Shown: positions 1 through 13,419, counted from the first letter of the stretch. The stretch: 64,000 nucleotides of DNA from Macrostomum lignano (GCA_002269645.1 NIVC01000033.1:51335-115334), one strand, 5' to 3'. A program made the numbers and translations. Notes: generated by a model from the sequence alone, not told the origin.

Positions 1-129
1 CTGATTTTCAATTTAGTCGGTACACCGATTTTTATCTCAACTTTTGGACACCTCTCGTAGTCATGTGCTTCATTATAATGTTTTAAACGATTTTACATCG
101 CTTTATATTTTCCCGACGGTAGCCGTAAG

Positions 130-905
130 TGTCAAATGCGCCATTGTCACACAACCGGCGAGAGGCATTACTGCCCATTCGACCATAGACAACTCTATAG
201 TTGAGAAAAACAAACTTGTGAGAAAAATAACCTCAAAAGCTGATGTTTATACTCAGTATAGTATGCTGGGTATATATATTATGGTAAACGAACGTATGAA
301 ACATTAATCAGCGCTACTAGACTTAAAAAACGGATTCTAGGTTGTTTCGTCAAATGCCGTTTCGTCTAAGAGTTTTTTTGGAGAGTCATTTCGTCTAACG
401 GAGATTTGAAGCAACTGGAAAGCAAGATAATGATTAATATGTGATGGAGAAGTAATTTTACAGACATCAGTGAGATGTGGTGTGTACGCCATAACTTGAA
501 AGCTGCATTTATTTTGTAAAAAATGTTTACAATTTAGCGTACACTGCACGACACGTTTAAAAGTACCTAGTGGGTTAAAAGACACTAAGAGAAGAAGACG
601 TCACTACATTCAATGAAAAATTGGTCATTAAATCATGAAGATAATACAGCGAGTGTACTCAGACGACTCCACTGAGCAGGCACATACGAGCGTAAGCGCG
701 GGGATACGTACGCAGTCACACACATAGGCACACAAGCGTGTACAGCCGCTCTAACTTAAATTATCGTTAGAAATGTACAACTACTTCACTGTTCCTTGGG
801 GGTTGGCGCTCAAGGGCGTTGATTGCACGATCAGACTCAAGCAGAGATTCCAGAATTGAGCCTGGCACGTACTGTAAGGGCATTGTGCTAGAACATTATA
901 GGCTG
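130..905 (-). mobile_element. Diverged SINE-family copy split by a ~480-bp AT-rich insertion (~181-662)
   Basis: cacacaaccggcgagaggcattactgcccattc (~148-180) and gactccactgagcagg...ttccttgggggttggcgctcaagg...gattcc (~665-850) are contiguous in the intact copy at 56939-57300 but are separated here by unrelated sequence. Confidence 0.6.
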
Positions 906-976
906 CAGCCCCCTTCATCCGGCAAACAGCTCAATTTCAACAGCTGACTGATTTGCAAACAATCAACCCCTTCCAG

Positions 977-2536
977 CGCAAGCCGCTGTACTACGAGATC
1001 AACCTCATCATGCCCTGCATCGCCATCCTCATTGTGGCCTTGTTCGGCTTCCGACTGCCGCCCGAGTCCGGCGAGCGGATCTCCCTGTCCGTCACGGTGC
1101 TGCTGGCGCTCAGCGTGTTTCTGCAGCTGGCCAGCGAGCACACGCCGACTCAGAGCGACGTTGTGCCGCTCATGTGTGAGTCTGCGGGTCCTGCGCTACC
1201 CCAGCTTTGTAGCTAATTGTTTAGCCTGTAAAACTTATTTAATTGTTTGCAGATATTTCTGCACTTGTTAGCACCAGTTCCCTCACACTGAGCAAACACA
1301 GGGCTGAAAATGCTCTGGCAGGGCAAGATAAAACCGCACGCTAAAAGTACACAGACAGGTCATGGCTACAGCCGGTCAGGCGGAGCAGTGCGACTCATAC
1401 AATAGGACACACTGTTGCAACATGTACGCCAACATGGGTTTGTAGCTAACAAGGGTTTTAGCCTAGTGGATGGAGCGTCGGACTCCCGGCTGAAAAGTCA
1501 GGGGTGCCAGCATTAGCGGGGGGGGGGTCATTGAGGGTGTGTGGCAGCCCCCATTCTGGGTAAAAATTTTATACAATTCCATTGTGCACTCTCTCTGAAC
1601 TGGATCTAAACTTGAAACTTAATCTCGTTACTTCGAACTGAATGCTTAGTAATAATTTACCATCACAAACACTTTTCAGCCCGCTACTTCATGGTCGCCA
1701 TCGGCATGTCCTCGTTGTGCGTTCTGGGCAGCATCCTGGTGCTGCTGCTGCACTCCAACGGCAAGCAGGCCAAGCGAATGGGCCACCGAACTGAGCTGTT
1801 CTTCACTCTGCTGTGCCGCCTCATCTGCTATCCGGGCTTCCAGGAAGCTGGAGCGAATGCCAGCGGCTGCAGAGGTGACGGAGGCACCCACGGAGGCAAC
1901 AGGCACCAGAATCGCGTCAACAGGCGCTCGGTAGGCTGCTGATTTCTCAGAGTGGTTTAATGCAATGAATCAAATCTCAGTGTCTTTAAAATAAACAGTG
2001 GTTTTCGATGTATTACGAGCGTAACATGCACATAAGAAGGAGCCATTTACTAGAAAAACGTCACGCATAATTCTTTTATTTTGCAGATTAGTCCGAGCAA
2101 AAGCAGCTACGGCAGAAGCAACAGCAGAAGCAACAGCATCATTTCGCCGACAGCCTCGTCTACCATCGTGTCCAGCAGCATGGATGTGGAGGAGATTGAC
2201 ATTGATGAACTGCGCGTCCGAGCTGAGCGCAGTTCGACTGCTGATGTGCCGCCGCCACCGTCTCCCCAGCAGCTGCCGCCGCAATGGGCGGCTGATGCTC
2301 TGAACCGAGTCAGCTCAACCCTGACGGAGATTCGCCTGGCCATGGCCCAGTCGAAGGACTCCAAGCGATGGGAGCGACGTTGGGAGGACGCCGCCCAGGT
2401 CACGGACAGGCTGATGTTCTACATCTCCATAATGGGCTTCATCGGACTCATCCTGACCGTCTTGATGGTCCGACCCAGCGAAGCCATCAGCGCCGCCACC
2501 GACTGCAAGCAGCTGCGCGCCGCCTCGATGACCTGA
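977..2536 (+). CDS. Nicotinic acetylcholine receptor subunit, copy 1, 3' half (TM1-TM4); 5' exons lie upstream of the window
   Basis: Exons 977-1175, 1680-1930 and 2087-2536 have GT-AG borders and matching phases. RKPLYYEINLIMPC (TM1), PPESGERISLSVTVLLALSVF (M2) and WEDAAQVTDRLMFYI (TM4) are Cys-loop receptor signatures. Confidence 0.93.
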
Positions 2537-4452
2537 CAGAGAGATCTGACCGAGTATTCCGCCAGATTTAAAGTAGAAATGCCACAAAAACTGTTTGCAG
2601 TAATTTCTTTGAACGCTCGAATGGACCTGAGCAGGCTCAAAATTGCACCCAATATTATGCTATTCCCGTTTTAAAATAGGAAGCCAATTTGCTCAGAAGT
2701 ACCAGTTATCTGAGTTCGACTCCCGGCTTCATATTACTTATTGTCAGATTTATCCATATAATCTGACAAAATTCGTATCATTTCTGAATATTTACTCCAC
2801 GTATTTTGCGTTTTGTTGCCCCAATTGGGCCGTTTTACTTTCCTATTGTGTGCACGATCTATTTAGAGCGTATAGTAATTGTACGATCGATAATTTAGGC
2901 CTTTCCGTGCGCGTGGCGCACGAAGAGGTCCAGTTTATCACTTTAAATATATAGTCTGGCCCTCGCCTTGGTTTATTACCCTTTCTATTCACTTTCTCAC
3001 CGCCGACTTTTACGACCGCGTGTTTCTAAATATACGAGGGGTGTCCCAAAAGTCGGTGCACTTTCTTCACTACAGCCTTTTCTGACCGATCGGAAATATT
3101 AAGTCTGTTGCAGCTAAAAAGAGAATTATCTGCCCGTTAAAATGACTTTCTGTTTATTTCTGTATCTGCTGGCATTCTTGAGATATGAGCACTTTTCTGC
3201 CCCACCCCCTGTGCTACTTTTTGGAGCGATTTCTATTTGGCTCCAAATGAAGGGATTGGCGTAGAGAAATCGGGACCCAATGCTTCAGGCTCCATTCTGA
3301 CTCTTAAGTTCACATCCCCTTTTTATTCTACGACCCGATAGCATTCCTCTGCGCCCTACTTGAAAAAATGACAAGTCCAAAAGCAGATAAGTTAAAGTTA
3401 TTTATGATGAAAGATATGTTTGTGTAATGCATGTATCTTACAATGCAGGTTGCTTCTTATTCATCTGTTATTATTCTGCAAATAATTGCATTGCTTCATT
3501 ATTTTGTTAAAAAGCAAGACTTGTGATTTCCTTGTTTTTCCTTGTTTGTACTTTCTGTTCCTTTGATTTACCTATGACCGACTGTTTCTTTTTCCTTTCA
3601 AGAATAATTACCAGTCTGAATGCAGTCTGAATGCAAATAGAGATATTGCTGTGGCACCCCGAGACAAGTCTGCGTCTTTTATATTTGGAGAGCTGCTTTT
3701 GTTTTACTGATTCCGCAGTGCTGGAGCTACTCTCCTCTCTGTGTGTTCAAGTACATCTTTCCAATGCCAGCTTCATCAGTTGGTGCATCCGCATTGCCAA
3801 GAGTTCAAGAGACACTCGCTCACGGAGTTGAGTTGTAGAAAGAGCTTTCAGTATTTGGCCTTCATTCTCTGGTCTGGGGACGCAGGCAGTTGGCAGCTTG
3901 CCATACAGAGTGGGGGCTCCTTGGGGTCTCAAAAGTTTGCTTCACTCCCTTCCCTAACCCTACCAACCCCGCCACCCAGCTTTTCTCCGCCATGAACCAT
4001 TGGCATATGCGTAGACGGCTACGCCCCTCCCCTACTATCCAAGCCCCGGCTGTCGACACCAGTACCCCGCATTCCCCTTGCTCCACCCTATCCCAGTGTC
4101 CCAGCTACAATAAAGGCAGAGTTTGTCTCCAAACGGAACCCCCACAAGTCCAAAAAGACGCTTTGGATATTTTTGGCAATTCCTACACTTGCTGGAAGGC
4201 AGAGTAAAAAAACAAAATTGAACAAAACGGCTAGAGCAATAATACTCGTAAGCTCAAGCTTGAAATGCTGGTCGCTGATTGGCTGATTGTCTCGCATTGC
4301 TGCTGTTTGAAACGCTGCTAAAACTCAAATAGCTGCATCCTGCCAGAAGCGGATAACACAGGAGGAGCCACAGCCTCTCTAAGCCAAAAGAGAAAAAATT
4401 TTTTTGAGACGAGAGGGTTAATTTTTCAACTTTTTTTCAACTACAAGCGGGC

Positions 4453-7400
4453 ATGCGGTTGAATACTGCGCTGTTCTCCGCATTGCTGAGCACCCTGCTG
4501 CTGCAGCTGCTGCCACCAGCGTTGATGCAGAGCGTGCACGAATCCAGCTCCGCCGACTTGCTGTTCTCCAAGATTTACGACGCTCATCTCTCGATGATCC
4601 CTCCGCCTAAAGTGAACGGTACATTTAATTTCACCTTTGACATGGCCATTGCGCAGCTATTGGAGCTCGTGAGTTCACTGACTCTGATTGCTACTCTGCC
4701 GTTTCGCTATACGACCGCTACTTTATACGTTGATTCGCTCACTTAGCGAAAAAATGATACTAATACTAAACAAAAAATAACTAATAATAAAAATTAGTCG
4801 ACGAATTGTTTCTTTGTAAATTTTTCCTCTGTTTCAAGCCGAAAGAAGTAAATGTTCTTCTCTTTGATGGGATCGATACTGCAGGCACGTGATATTTTCA
4901 AATCGAGTGCAAGATTGGGTGCGCCTCCACTGCGGTTGAAAGCGTCCCAGCAATTTTACAGAATAAGAAAGGATATTTTTAATGGAAATGTATATTTCTT
5001 GAATCATTATTGACTTTTTTACCCTGACTATTGCCTGATTGGCAGGCGAGAGTAATGCAAATAAGATCAGAGGTTTATCCTGTTGTTTAACCGGTAATGC
5101 TCTAGAGTTTAATGAACTCATGCTATCATTAGTTACAGACAACTTTATTACAGAGTTAATTAGTTACAGACAGCATTGCTACAACGTTATCCTTCACTTG
5201 CTTCAGGACGAACTCAAGCAGACAGTTTCCATGCTCACCTGGAGGAGAATGGTGAGTGTATTGACTGCCTTAAACACCTGTTGCCTGATTACGGCAGTAC
5301 TCAAGTTGATTTGATTTTGCAGTCCTGGTACGACACCAGACTATCATGGCGGGGTCGCGTCTTCGATGGCAACCTGAGCTTCAACTCTATCGGCAGCATC
5401 AAGATTCCAAACAGCCAGATCTGGAAGCCGGACTTGGTCGTGTACAATGAGTGAGTCGAAATGCTTGTTTGATCTTCCATTTAGAATTTAGATGTCAATC
5501 AAAACTAATGAAATCACCAAACCGTCCACCCTCCGCAGTGTGAGAAAAACGGAGCTCGACTGGTCCCTCTACTACGCGTCAATTCAATCAGACGGCCTCG
5601 TTCGACTCAACACCCCCCAGCTGATGAAGCTGTCCTGCCCAATCAATGTCCAACTGTTTCCTTACGATAAGCAGGTGTGCAGGATGAAGATCGGCAGCTG
5701 GACAATGGATGGTTTTGAGCTCAACTTGCTCAACGCGAGCACGCACGCTGATCTGTCCTCGATGGCGGAGGACAACGAGTTCTGCCTCGTCAAGGCGCCG
5801 CTGGAGCGAAACGTGATAAAGTACGCGTGCTGCGATGCGCCTTACCCGGACATTACGTACAGCATTTTGCTGCAGGTAAATGCGGCTTGTCAACCGGGCA
5901 CGTTTTGGAGCTGTTCGGTGCACTTTCTATGCTAGGGTTGAGCATAGCGATTACAGAGCGCACATGTAGCTCGCATGTGCTGATTGGTTGGCTAAAATTC
6001 AAGCATGCGTGCGTACGGGAACATTTCCTGGTTTGTCACCCTGTGATTCTGTGGAAATATTTTTCATTTCGCTGTCACTGTTGCTTAGAGCTGGCTTAGC
6101 TGCAAATATCGACATTCTACTTGTGAATTAAATTAGGGGTTTTTCTGTGTTTCGCTCAAGTTTAGATGGAAAACAGCACTGCAGTCTGCCAGACTAAGGT
6201 TGAGAAACGAAATTACTCGCAGCTAGCAAAAATTTCAAAAAACTCCCATTCTAAAATCTCCTACCGTTAGAGAAAACGATGCTGAAAAATACCCTTGAGC
6301 TTCGAGAGCATGTTTGCCCTGTCTTTTTCTTGAGTTTGGAGAGCGATGCGTGATAATGAGACATAATGGAGAGCAAATACGCTCGGTGAGGGCCAAACCT
6401 GGAACCAGTTCTACCAAGCTTACTCAGCCGAGTTCCTGCATTTAATTCCGGGTACAGGCTGTAGCTAGAATGGCATACAAGCTGCCTGCGCAAGGCTGCA
6501 AGATATGGCGATAAAAGATCTTGGGATTAATTTATTTAGTCGATTGCTCAGGCTTTAAGGTGTGTGAAGGGAACCTACTCATAAATGCTTTTTTTCATTC
6601 TTTGCATGCAGGCAGTGGAACGAGGACGCAGCTGTGGCGTAGACCAGTTTCTGCTGTAGGGGCTGTGGCAGAGGCAGAGAGCCAGCAGAAAAATGAGGGA
6701 TTAAATGGCTCTGGAATTGACTGTTGATTGCTTTGGGCACCGGCACTAAAACTTCGAGTGAGAGCTCAGCTCAATCCCAAGCAAGCGGGAACACACTGCT
6801 GTCCAAGGCAGAAGCAGAAAAATGCACCCCTAATATCACATGAAGGCTTTTAGGCTGATTGTTGCGATAATTTTAGCCCCGGTGTATGACTGACGCTCAT
6901 TGATCAAATTGAAAATATTCTGCCACTTTGCCTCTACTATTTAATGCTTTACTCTGCTCCTCCTATCGCATATACATGTATTAACTGGGCATTCGCTGCT
7001 CGTCTAATTGCCTGTGATCTTAACTTGGCATCTTTTCTACCGGTATTATCCGAGGGGGTTCCGATAATAGCAGGAAAATAACAGTCGATGAACCGACAGA
7101 GTTCAAGTCCAGAAATTAATGTATCTGGCATCACTGAATGAAGCGGCACCAAGCCGAGGTCAATCAGTCAAACAGTCAGTAATGCAGCATCGCCATCAAC
7201 TGATGAATTCTTTGACGAATTGACGCGAGTTTGAAGCTTGGTAAGGAAAATCTTTCACATTTGCAACAGGGTGTCCATAGTCGCCTGGTGTCACCCGTTG
7301 AAGTAGCCGACAGCGTCTCAGAGATATTAAGAGACTAACTGAGTATGCCTAGCAGTTGAGGCTTGCCCACTGCGGAGGCTTGATCAGAGACATCAGAGAC

Positions 7401-8781
7401 ATCAGAGACATCAAAGACATCAGAGACATCAGAGACATCAGAGACATCAAAGACATCAGAGACATCATAGACATCAGAGACATCATAGACATCAGAGACA
7501 TCATAGACATCAGAGACATCAGAGACATCAGAGACATCAGAGACATCAGAGACATCAGAGACATCAGAGACATCAGAGACATCAGAGACATCAGAGACAT
7601 CAGAGACATCAGAGACATCAGAGACATCAGAGACATCAGAGACATCATAGACATCAGAGACATCAGAGACATCAGAGACATCATAGACATCAGAGACATC
7701 AGAGACATCAGAGACATCATAGACATCAGAGACATCAGAGACATCATAGACATCATAGACACCAGAGACATCAGAGACATCAGAGACACCAGAGACACCA
7801 GAGACATCAGAGACACCAGAGACATCAGAGACACCAGAGACATCAGAGACACCAGAGACATCAGAGACACCAGAGACATCAGAGACACCAGAGACATCAG
7901 AGACACCAGAGACATCAGAGACACCAGAGACATCAGAGACACCAGAGACATCAGAGACACCAGAGACATCAGAGACACCAGAGACATCAGAGACACCAGA
8001 GACACCAGAGACATCAGAGACACCAGAGACACCAGAGACATCAAAGACATCAGAGACATCAGAATGCCCAGAAGCTCCGCTTCGGTGAAGTCCAGCGACC
8101 AACGAAGTCAGAACTGATGCAGACACGTGTGGTCGACATGCTGTTGAAATTGAAGGCTCGACAAAGCGGCACTGAGGCGCAGTGCTGATTGGCGCACAGG
8201 AGTGTATTGAATAATACATTGGGTCTGATGGCCAGTGATGGGAAAGAACCCGACCTGCTGGCAGAATTCCTGAATATCTCGACGGTTCAGTAAGCTGGAG
8301 ACTTGATCATTATTTTAAGAAGGTGCACAATAAAGAAGTTGGTCCGTGTTCTGGAACTTCGTGTGCCTGCGTTGCTCTGTTATGGATTGTAGAGTCAGTC
8401 TCCTTTTGGTAGTTTGACTGGCAGATAGTGGCGTCAAGGCGCCAAAATATAGCGCAAATGATTGCCTGCGGCGCCAAAGTGTCTCCAGTGCCAAAATAGT
8501 GCCTGCCTACGGCGCCACAAATGAGTTTGGCAGAGTAAACAGCTCGCTTCTGCACCCAGAGCTACTGCAGATCAGACAGTTGGGTAGTTCGTGTCAAGCA
8601 CGTCTGCAGAACATAGTAGTGCAAGAACAGGTGGGTTCCACTTGTTTGCTTGTAGACAATCTGGGATTGAGAACAAGTTGCAGCACAAGCAGCTATCCGA
8701 GACAGCGAGACAGTTCCACATCAAATGCGTTCAGAGAGGGGAGAGGAAAACAGAGAGAGAGAGAGAGAGAAAGAAAGAGAT

Positions 8782-8819
<38 letters not shown>

Positions 8820-11800
8820 CTGAGCATCCGTTTTGTGATCAGAAAGTTCCACAAGTAGCAACTGTAGTCACTGATCAGGCCCTCGGGTACTTTGAAACTT
8901 CACTATACCAATCCGGAGCGCTCAGTGTCTCTTCTCAGATCTCTTCTCAGTATTCACCTCTCTTCTCTCCTCTCCTCTCTTCTCCTTTCTCCTCTCATTT
9001 CTCCACTCCCCTCTCCTCTCTTCTCTCACTAATCTTCTCTCTTAAGACACCTCTCATCTCGTCTCTCACCTCCCTTTTGTCGTATCTCTTTCTTCTTCTC
9101 TCATCACTATTCCATCTCCTTACCTCTCCCATCTGGCCCACAGCAATGAATTAGATTCTTTGTTTGCCCCTTGAGGTAGAAGAAAGGGAAGATTCTCTAT
9201 GGAAACTTTTTATTAGAGGCGGAGACTAGGGGCTGTATGTACCCTGGCGCACTTTAAGCGACATTGTCACACAACTGGCAAACATTCCGCCGACTCTCCT
9301 GAGCAAACACACAAGCGCGCAAATACATGCGCATTCATACGCACGAGCACACATTCACACAGGAGTGTACAGCGGCCCTAACTTTATTTATTGTTAGGCA
9401 TGTACAATTCACTGTGCCTTGGGGGGTTGGCCCGCAATGGTGTTAATTGCATTTAGCCCCAGATTAATGTGAGTGCACTTGGAATCGAACCTGGGCCGCT
9501 GGCACATCAGAGCGCCGCGCTGGACCACTGGGCTGTGCCCTCCTCAGAGCATTGATTGATTTGCAAACAATCAACCCCTTCCAGCGCAAGCCGCTGTACT
9601 ACGAGATCAACCTCATCATGCCCTGCATCGCCATCCTCATTGTGGCCCTGTTCGGCTTCCGACTGCCGCCCGAGTCCGGCGAGCGGATCTCCCTGTCCGT
9701 CACGGTGCTGCTGGCGCTCAGCGTGTTTCTGCAGCTGGCCAGCGAGCACACGCCGACTCAGAGCGACGTTGTGCCGCTCATGTGTGAGTCTGCCAGTCCT
9801 GCGCTACCCCAGATTTGTAGCTAATTGATTAAATCTCTTAAGCTCATTAAATTTTACCCATGTGTTAGCATACAGCAGACAAGGCTCTGGCTGAGCAAGA
9901 TGAAAGTACACAGACAGGGCCAAAGCTGGCCGGACGAAAGCAGTGTGCGCCAATAATGTACACATTGTTCGGCGAGCGTTGAAAACGTCACACGGTTCTG
10001 ATCTAGTCATCAGTGTATTAAGGGAAACTATAAACAAAAGGCAATACTGACGAGAGGGCTGCGGGCACCCTAGCGAAACGCCTCGGTGTTATATCATTCC
10101 ACAGCCAGTGCCGAGGCCATTCTGCCCATTTCGCTGACTTCTGGGCACAAGCGCGTCAACACTGTACGCAGGCACGCACTCACACTCGCTCACAGGGGTG
10201 CACAGCGGCCCTGACTTTCTAATCGTCAGACATGTACACTCTCTGTGCCGTGGGGTTGCCCCTCATGACTGTTAACCAAAAGAAAAACCCTTGGTCAATT
10301 CCGTGCACAAGCCCCAAATGAATGTGGGGCGTAAGGAATTGAACCAGTGTCTCGGGCGCGGACCCTGTATAGACTCCTATACTCAGCAACAGCTAAACCC
10401 CCCCCCCCCAACTCACGCTGTCACACGGCCCAAAAGTTTTGTATGCCATCGGTGACTCAGAAATGTGTGCAGGCTGCCGCCGCCAGACGCGAGCGCAAAG
10501 TGCGGCATGGGGGATTTGGGGAGGGGGTGGTGCAACTCAACCCACTGGTGGCTGCATTGCGCAATGGTAAATCATCAGAGCTACAGCTACAGCAGCAGTT
10601 TCTGCCATTTGCTACGACAACCTTTGGCGGCCCGCAGAACTGCATTCTTCAAGACGACAACGCTGCGCCACATCGAGCAGCACACGTGCAGCTGCTGAAG
10701 GAGCAGCTCGGCATTCGCACATTGAACTGGCCGTCAAAGTCTCCAGACATGAACCGCATCGAGCATGTCTGGGACTTTGTGTAAAGCGAAGAGTTCAGCA
10801 GGATGCCCCACAGAATGCTGAACAGTTGCGACTGGCGGTGCTGATGTCTGGCAGCAGCTGCCCCAAGAGTTCATCAACCGGCTGGTGATCAGGATGCCAC
10901 GACGAGTCACGGCACTTTTGCATGCTCGTGGTTCCTACACACGATACTGAGACTAGAATTAAAGATATTGCTTAACCTTTGTGCCCGTGTGACAGCGTGA
11001 GTTGGGGGGGGGGTTTAGCTGTTGCTGAGTATACTTTATTCACTTCAGTATTTATAATTTTTTTCTTCAAAACTTTGAACTACCTTAGTAGATTAAACTT
11101 GAAAATTATTTATTCTGTCTTCAAACTGCTTTATGCATTGGACACTTTTCAGCCCGCTACTTCATGGTCGCCATCGGCATGTCCTCGTTGTGCGTTCTGG
11201 GCAGCATCCTGGTGCTGCTGCTGCACTCCAACGGCAAGCAGGCCAAGCGAATGGGCCACCGAACTGAGCTGTTCTTCACTCTGCTGTGCCGCCTCATCTG
11301 CTATCCGGGCTTCCAGGAAGCTGGAGCGAATGCCAGCGGCTGCAGAGGTGACGAAGGCACCCACGGAGGCAACAGGCACCAGAATCGCGTCAACAGGCGT
11401 TCGGTAGGCTACCGATTTCTAAGAACCGATTTAATGCAGAAAGATCGATTAAAGGAAACGATTTGATTTTGATGAACGCTGGTTTGGGCGCAAAATCAAA
11501 ATAAAAAGGAGTTATTGGCTAGAAAACATTTACGTATAATTCTTTCATTTTGCAGATTAGTCCGAGCAAAAGCAGCAACGGCAAAAGCAATGGCAGAACC
11601 AACAGCAGAAGCAACAGAATCTTTTCACCGACAGCCTCGTCCACCATCGTGTCCAGTAGAGTGGATATAGAAGAAATTAACGTCGATGCACTGCGCGTCA
11701 GAGCTGAGCGCAGTTCGACTGCTGATGTGCCGCCGCCACCGTCTCCTCAGCAGCCGCCGCCGCAATGGGCGGCTGATGCTCTGAACCGAGTCAGCTCAAC

Positions 11801-12020
11801 CCTGACGGAGATTCGCCTGGCCATGGCCCAGTCGAAGGACTCCAAGCGATGGGAGCGACGTTGGGAGGACGCCGCCCAGGTCACGGACAGGCTGATGTTC
11901 TACATCTCTATGGTGGGCTTCATCGGACTCATCCTGACCGTCTTGATAGTCCGACCCAGCGAAGCCATTAGCGCCGCCACCGACTGCAAGCAGTTTCGCG
12001 CTGCCTCGATGAGCGCCTGA
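4453..12020 (+). CDS. Nicotinic acetylcholine receptor alpha-type subunit, copy 2, complete (7 exons)
   Basis: Exons 4453-4668 (signal peptide), 5207-5251 (45-nt DELKQTVSMLTWRRM exon), 5323-5450 (IWKPDLVVYN), 5539-5875 (Cys-loop CPINVQLFPYDKQVC, loop B WTMDG, loop C YACCDAPY with vicinal Cys), 9585-9783, 11153-11403 and 11556-12020. All phases join. Confidence 0.95.
7383..8063. repeat. 9-bp minisatellite (agacatcag/agacaccag) in nAChR intron
   Basis: Direct tandem repetition. The DIR/SLM/VSD ORFs here are repeat artefacts. Confidence 0.97.
8748..8820. repeat. (GA)n microsatellite
   Basis: Direct reading. Confidence 0.9.
9203..9546 (-). mobile_element. tRNA-headed SINE-like element
   Basis: On the minus strand, a head with A-box-like cccagtggtcc and B-box ggttcgattcc, a shared body, and a 3' end gcctctaataaaa. 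Clearly similar to 56939-57300. Confidence 0.75.
10050..10377 (-). mobile_element. Diverged SINE-family copy, head interrupted by Tc1
   Basis: Shares cagcggccct..actt, catgtacact..tgtgcc.tggggttg and a B-box (ggaattgaacc on +) with the other copies. Confidence 0.55.
10380..11031 (+). mobile_element. Internally deleted Tc1 (DD34E) DNA transposon
   Basis: ~50-bp terminal inverted repeats (tactcagcaacagctaaacc..ccaactcacgctgtcacacgg / cccgtgtgacagcgtgagttgg..ggtttagctgttgctgagta) flanked by TA. Internal fragment QDDNAAPH...WPSKSPDMNRIEHVW (D-34-E), then frameshifted ...MPRRVTALLHARGSYTRY* ending at 10950. Confidence 0.92.
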
Positions 12021-12833
12021 CCTGACAGAGGTATCCGACCGAGTGCTCCGCCAGATTGAAAGTGGAACTGCCAGTAACCGTTTCCGACCAATTCTTTGTG
12101 CACTCGAATGGACCTGAGCAGGTTCGAAATTGCACCCAACATAATACTATTAACGTTGCAAAAAGGAAGACTGCTAGCTGAACGGTGCCAATTACCTGAG
12201 GTCGACTGCGGGCTTCATATTGCTTATTTTACTTTAGGAATTGTGCATGAAGTTGGCCTGAAACTTGTCGTTTAATCCACACTTGTGACGACCAACTCAC
12301 AGTACACCCTGTGCATCGGTGTCCCATGTGCCAGCTCAGCGGACAAAACTTCTTGCAAATTACATTCATGTCTGAGTAGAGGTTTAGGATGGTTTTCCAT
12401 TGTCGTGTAATTTTGCACGCCTGCTCAGTTCGGGTGCAGCGAATTTTAGCTAGAGTACTGCTAGAATTCGCCGTTCTTGAAAGCTGCTTATTTTTATAGA
12501 ATTACTCGGCTTTCTGTTTCACGTTTCTCACATTATGTGTATTTTGTTCATTGTACTCCGGAACCGAACTCCATTTTCGTCTCCTATAAACTACTACAAG
12601 TAGCGCTGCGAGTGGGTGCAATTTTTTATTGTGCTCTTATAACCCATCTTGCGCTCGCAATTAATTGATCCGATCAGTATTTGATTGAGAGTTTATTTTT
12701 ACGAGACTGCATAAAGTGCTTGCTTGAGTGAATAATCTCAGATAAGTTGATGCCGCGTCTGCAACTAGAAACTGTCGAGACTTGAATGTTTTCTACAAAT
12801 TTTGAGTTAGCCCGCTGTAGGTTGCGCTTTAAA

Positions 12834-13112
12834 TGCGGAAAGCTCATAGAAAGGCAATAATAGAAGCCACTATCCTTTACTCAGATTGACCTCGGGCCGC
12901 ATGAAATTGGTTCAGGTCGTGAAACTTTGCGGAAAGCTCATAGAAAGGCAATAATAGAAGCCGCTATCCTTTACTCAGATTGACCTCGGGCCGCATGAAA
13001 TTGGTTCAGGTCGTGAAACTTTGCGGAAAGCTCATAGAAAGGCAATAATAGAAGCCGCTATCCTTTACTCAGATTGACCTCGGGCCGCATGAAATTGGTT
13101 CAGGTCGTGAAA
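12834..13112. repeat. 94-bp tandem repeat x3
   Basis: agctcatagaaagg recurs at 12841, 12935 and 13029. Confidence 0.95.
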
Positions 13113-13419
13113 CCTGCCAAATGACGCTTTGTACAAAAGCAAAGTGAGACGTGCCTACAAATGAAAGAACTGGATGGCTAGAAGCTCAAGGTATTCCATT
13201 TTAATCTCTTACCTAGAAGATAAAGCTCTATTTCTTAGACACTATTTTTGTTTGGTCCGACCGGGCGTAACTTGGTTGGGTGTTAAACCAGTGGGGCGTG
13301 GCTCTTGTGCGTTGGTGCGGGGGTGGTGGGCCGCGCCTAGGTCACGTGCCCGCGGCTTGGGTGGCGGTTATTTCTGCCAAGCGGACTGTCGCTGACCCGA
13401 GGGTATCCAGGGATGCTGT

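Noticed and set aside
3033-3065. Mariner-like terminus tacgaggggtgtcccaaaagt; a similar right-end motif near 18570
   Set aside because: No matching partner TIR or transposase found, and the two motifs differ beyond the first few bases.
7198-7230. ctgatga...gaa hammerhead-like string
   Set aside because: No stem II pairing and no GAAA box.
6960-7330. Possible LINE endonuclease fragment (SPSTDEFFDEL)
   Set aside because: Too short and stop-ridden to support.
7335-8219. Long ORFs of 236-294 aa
   Set aside because: Translations of the 9-bp repeat inside an nAChR intron.
9480-9545. tRNA gene
   Set aside because: It has A/B boxes but no full cloverleaf and continues into a repeated body, so it was called a SINE head.
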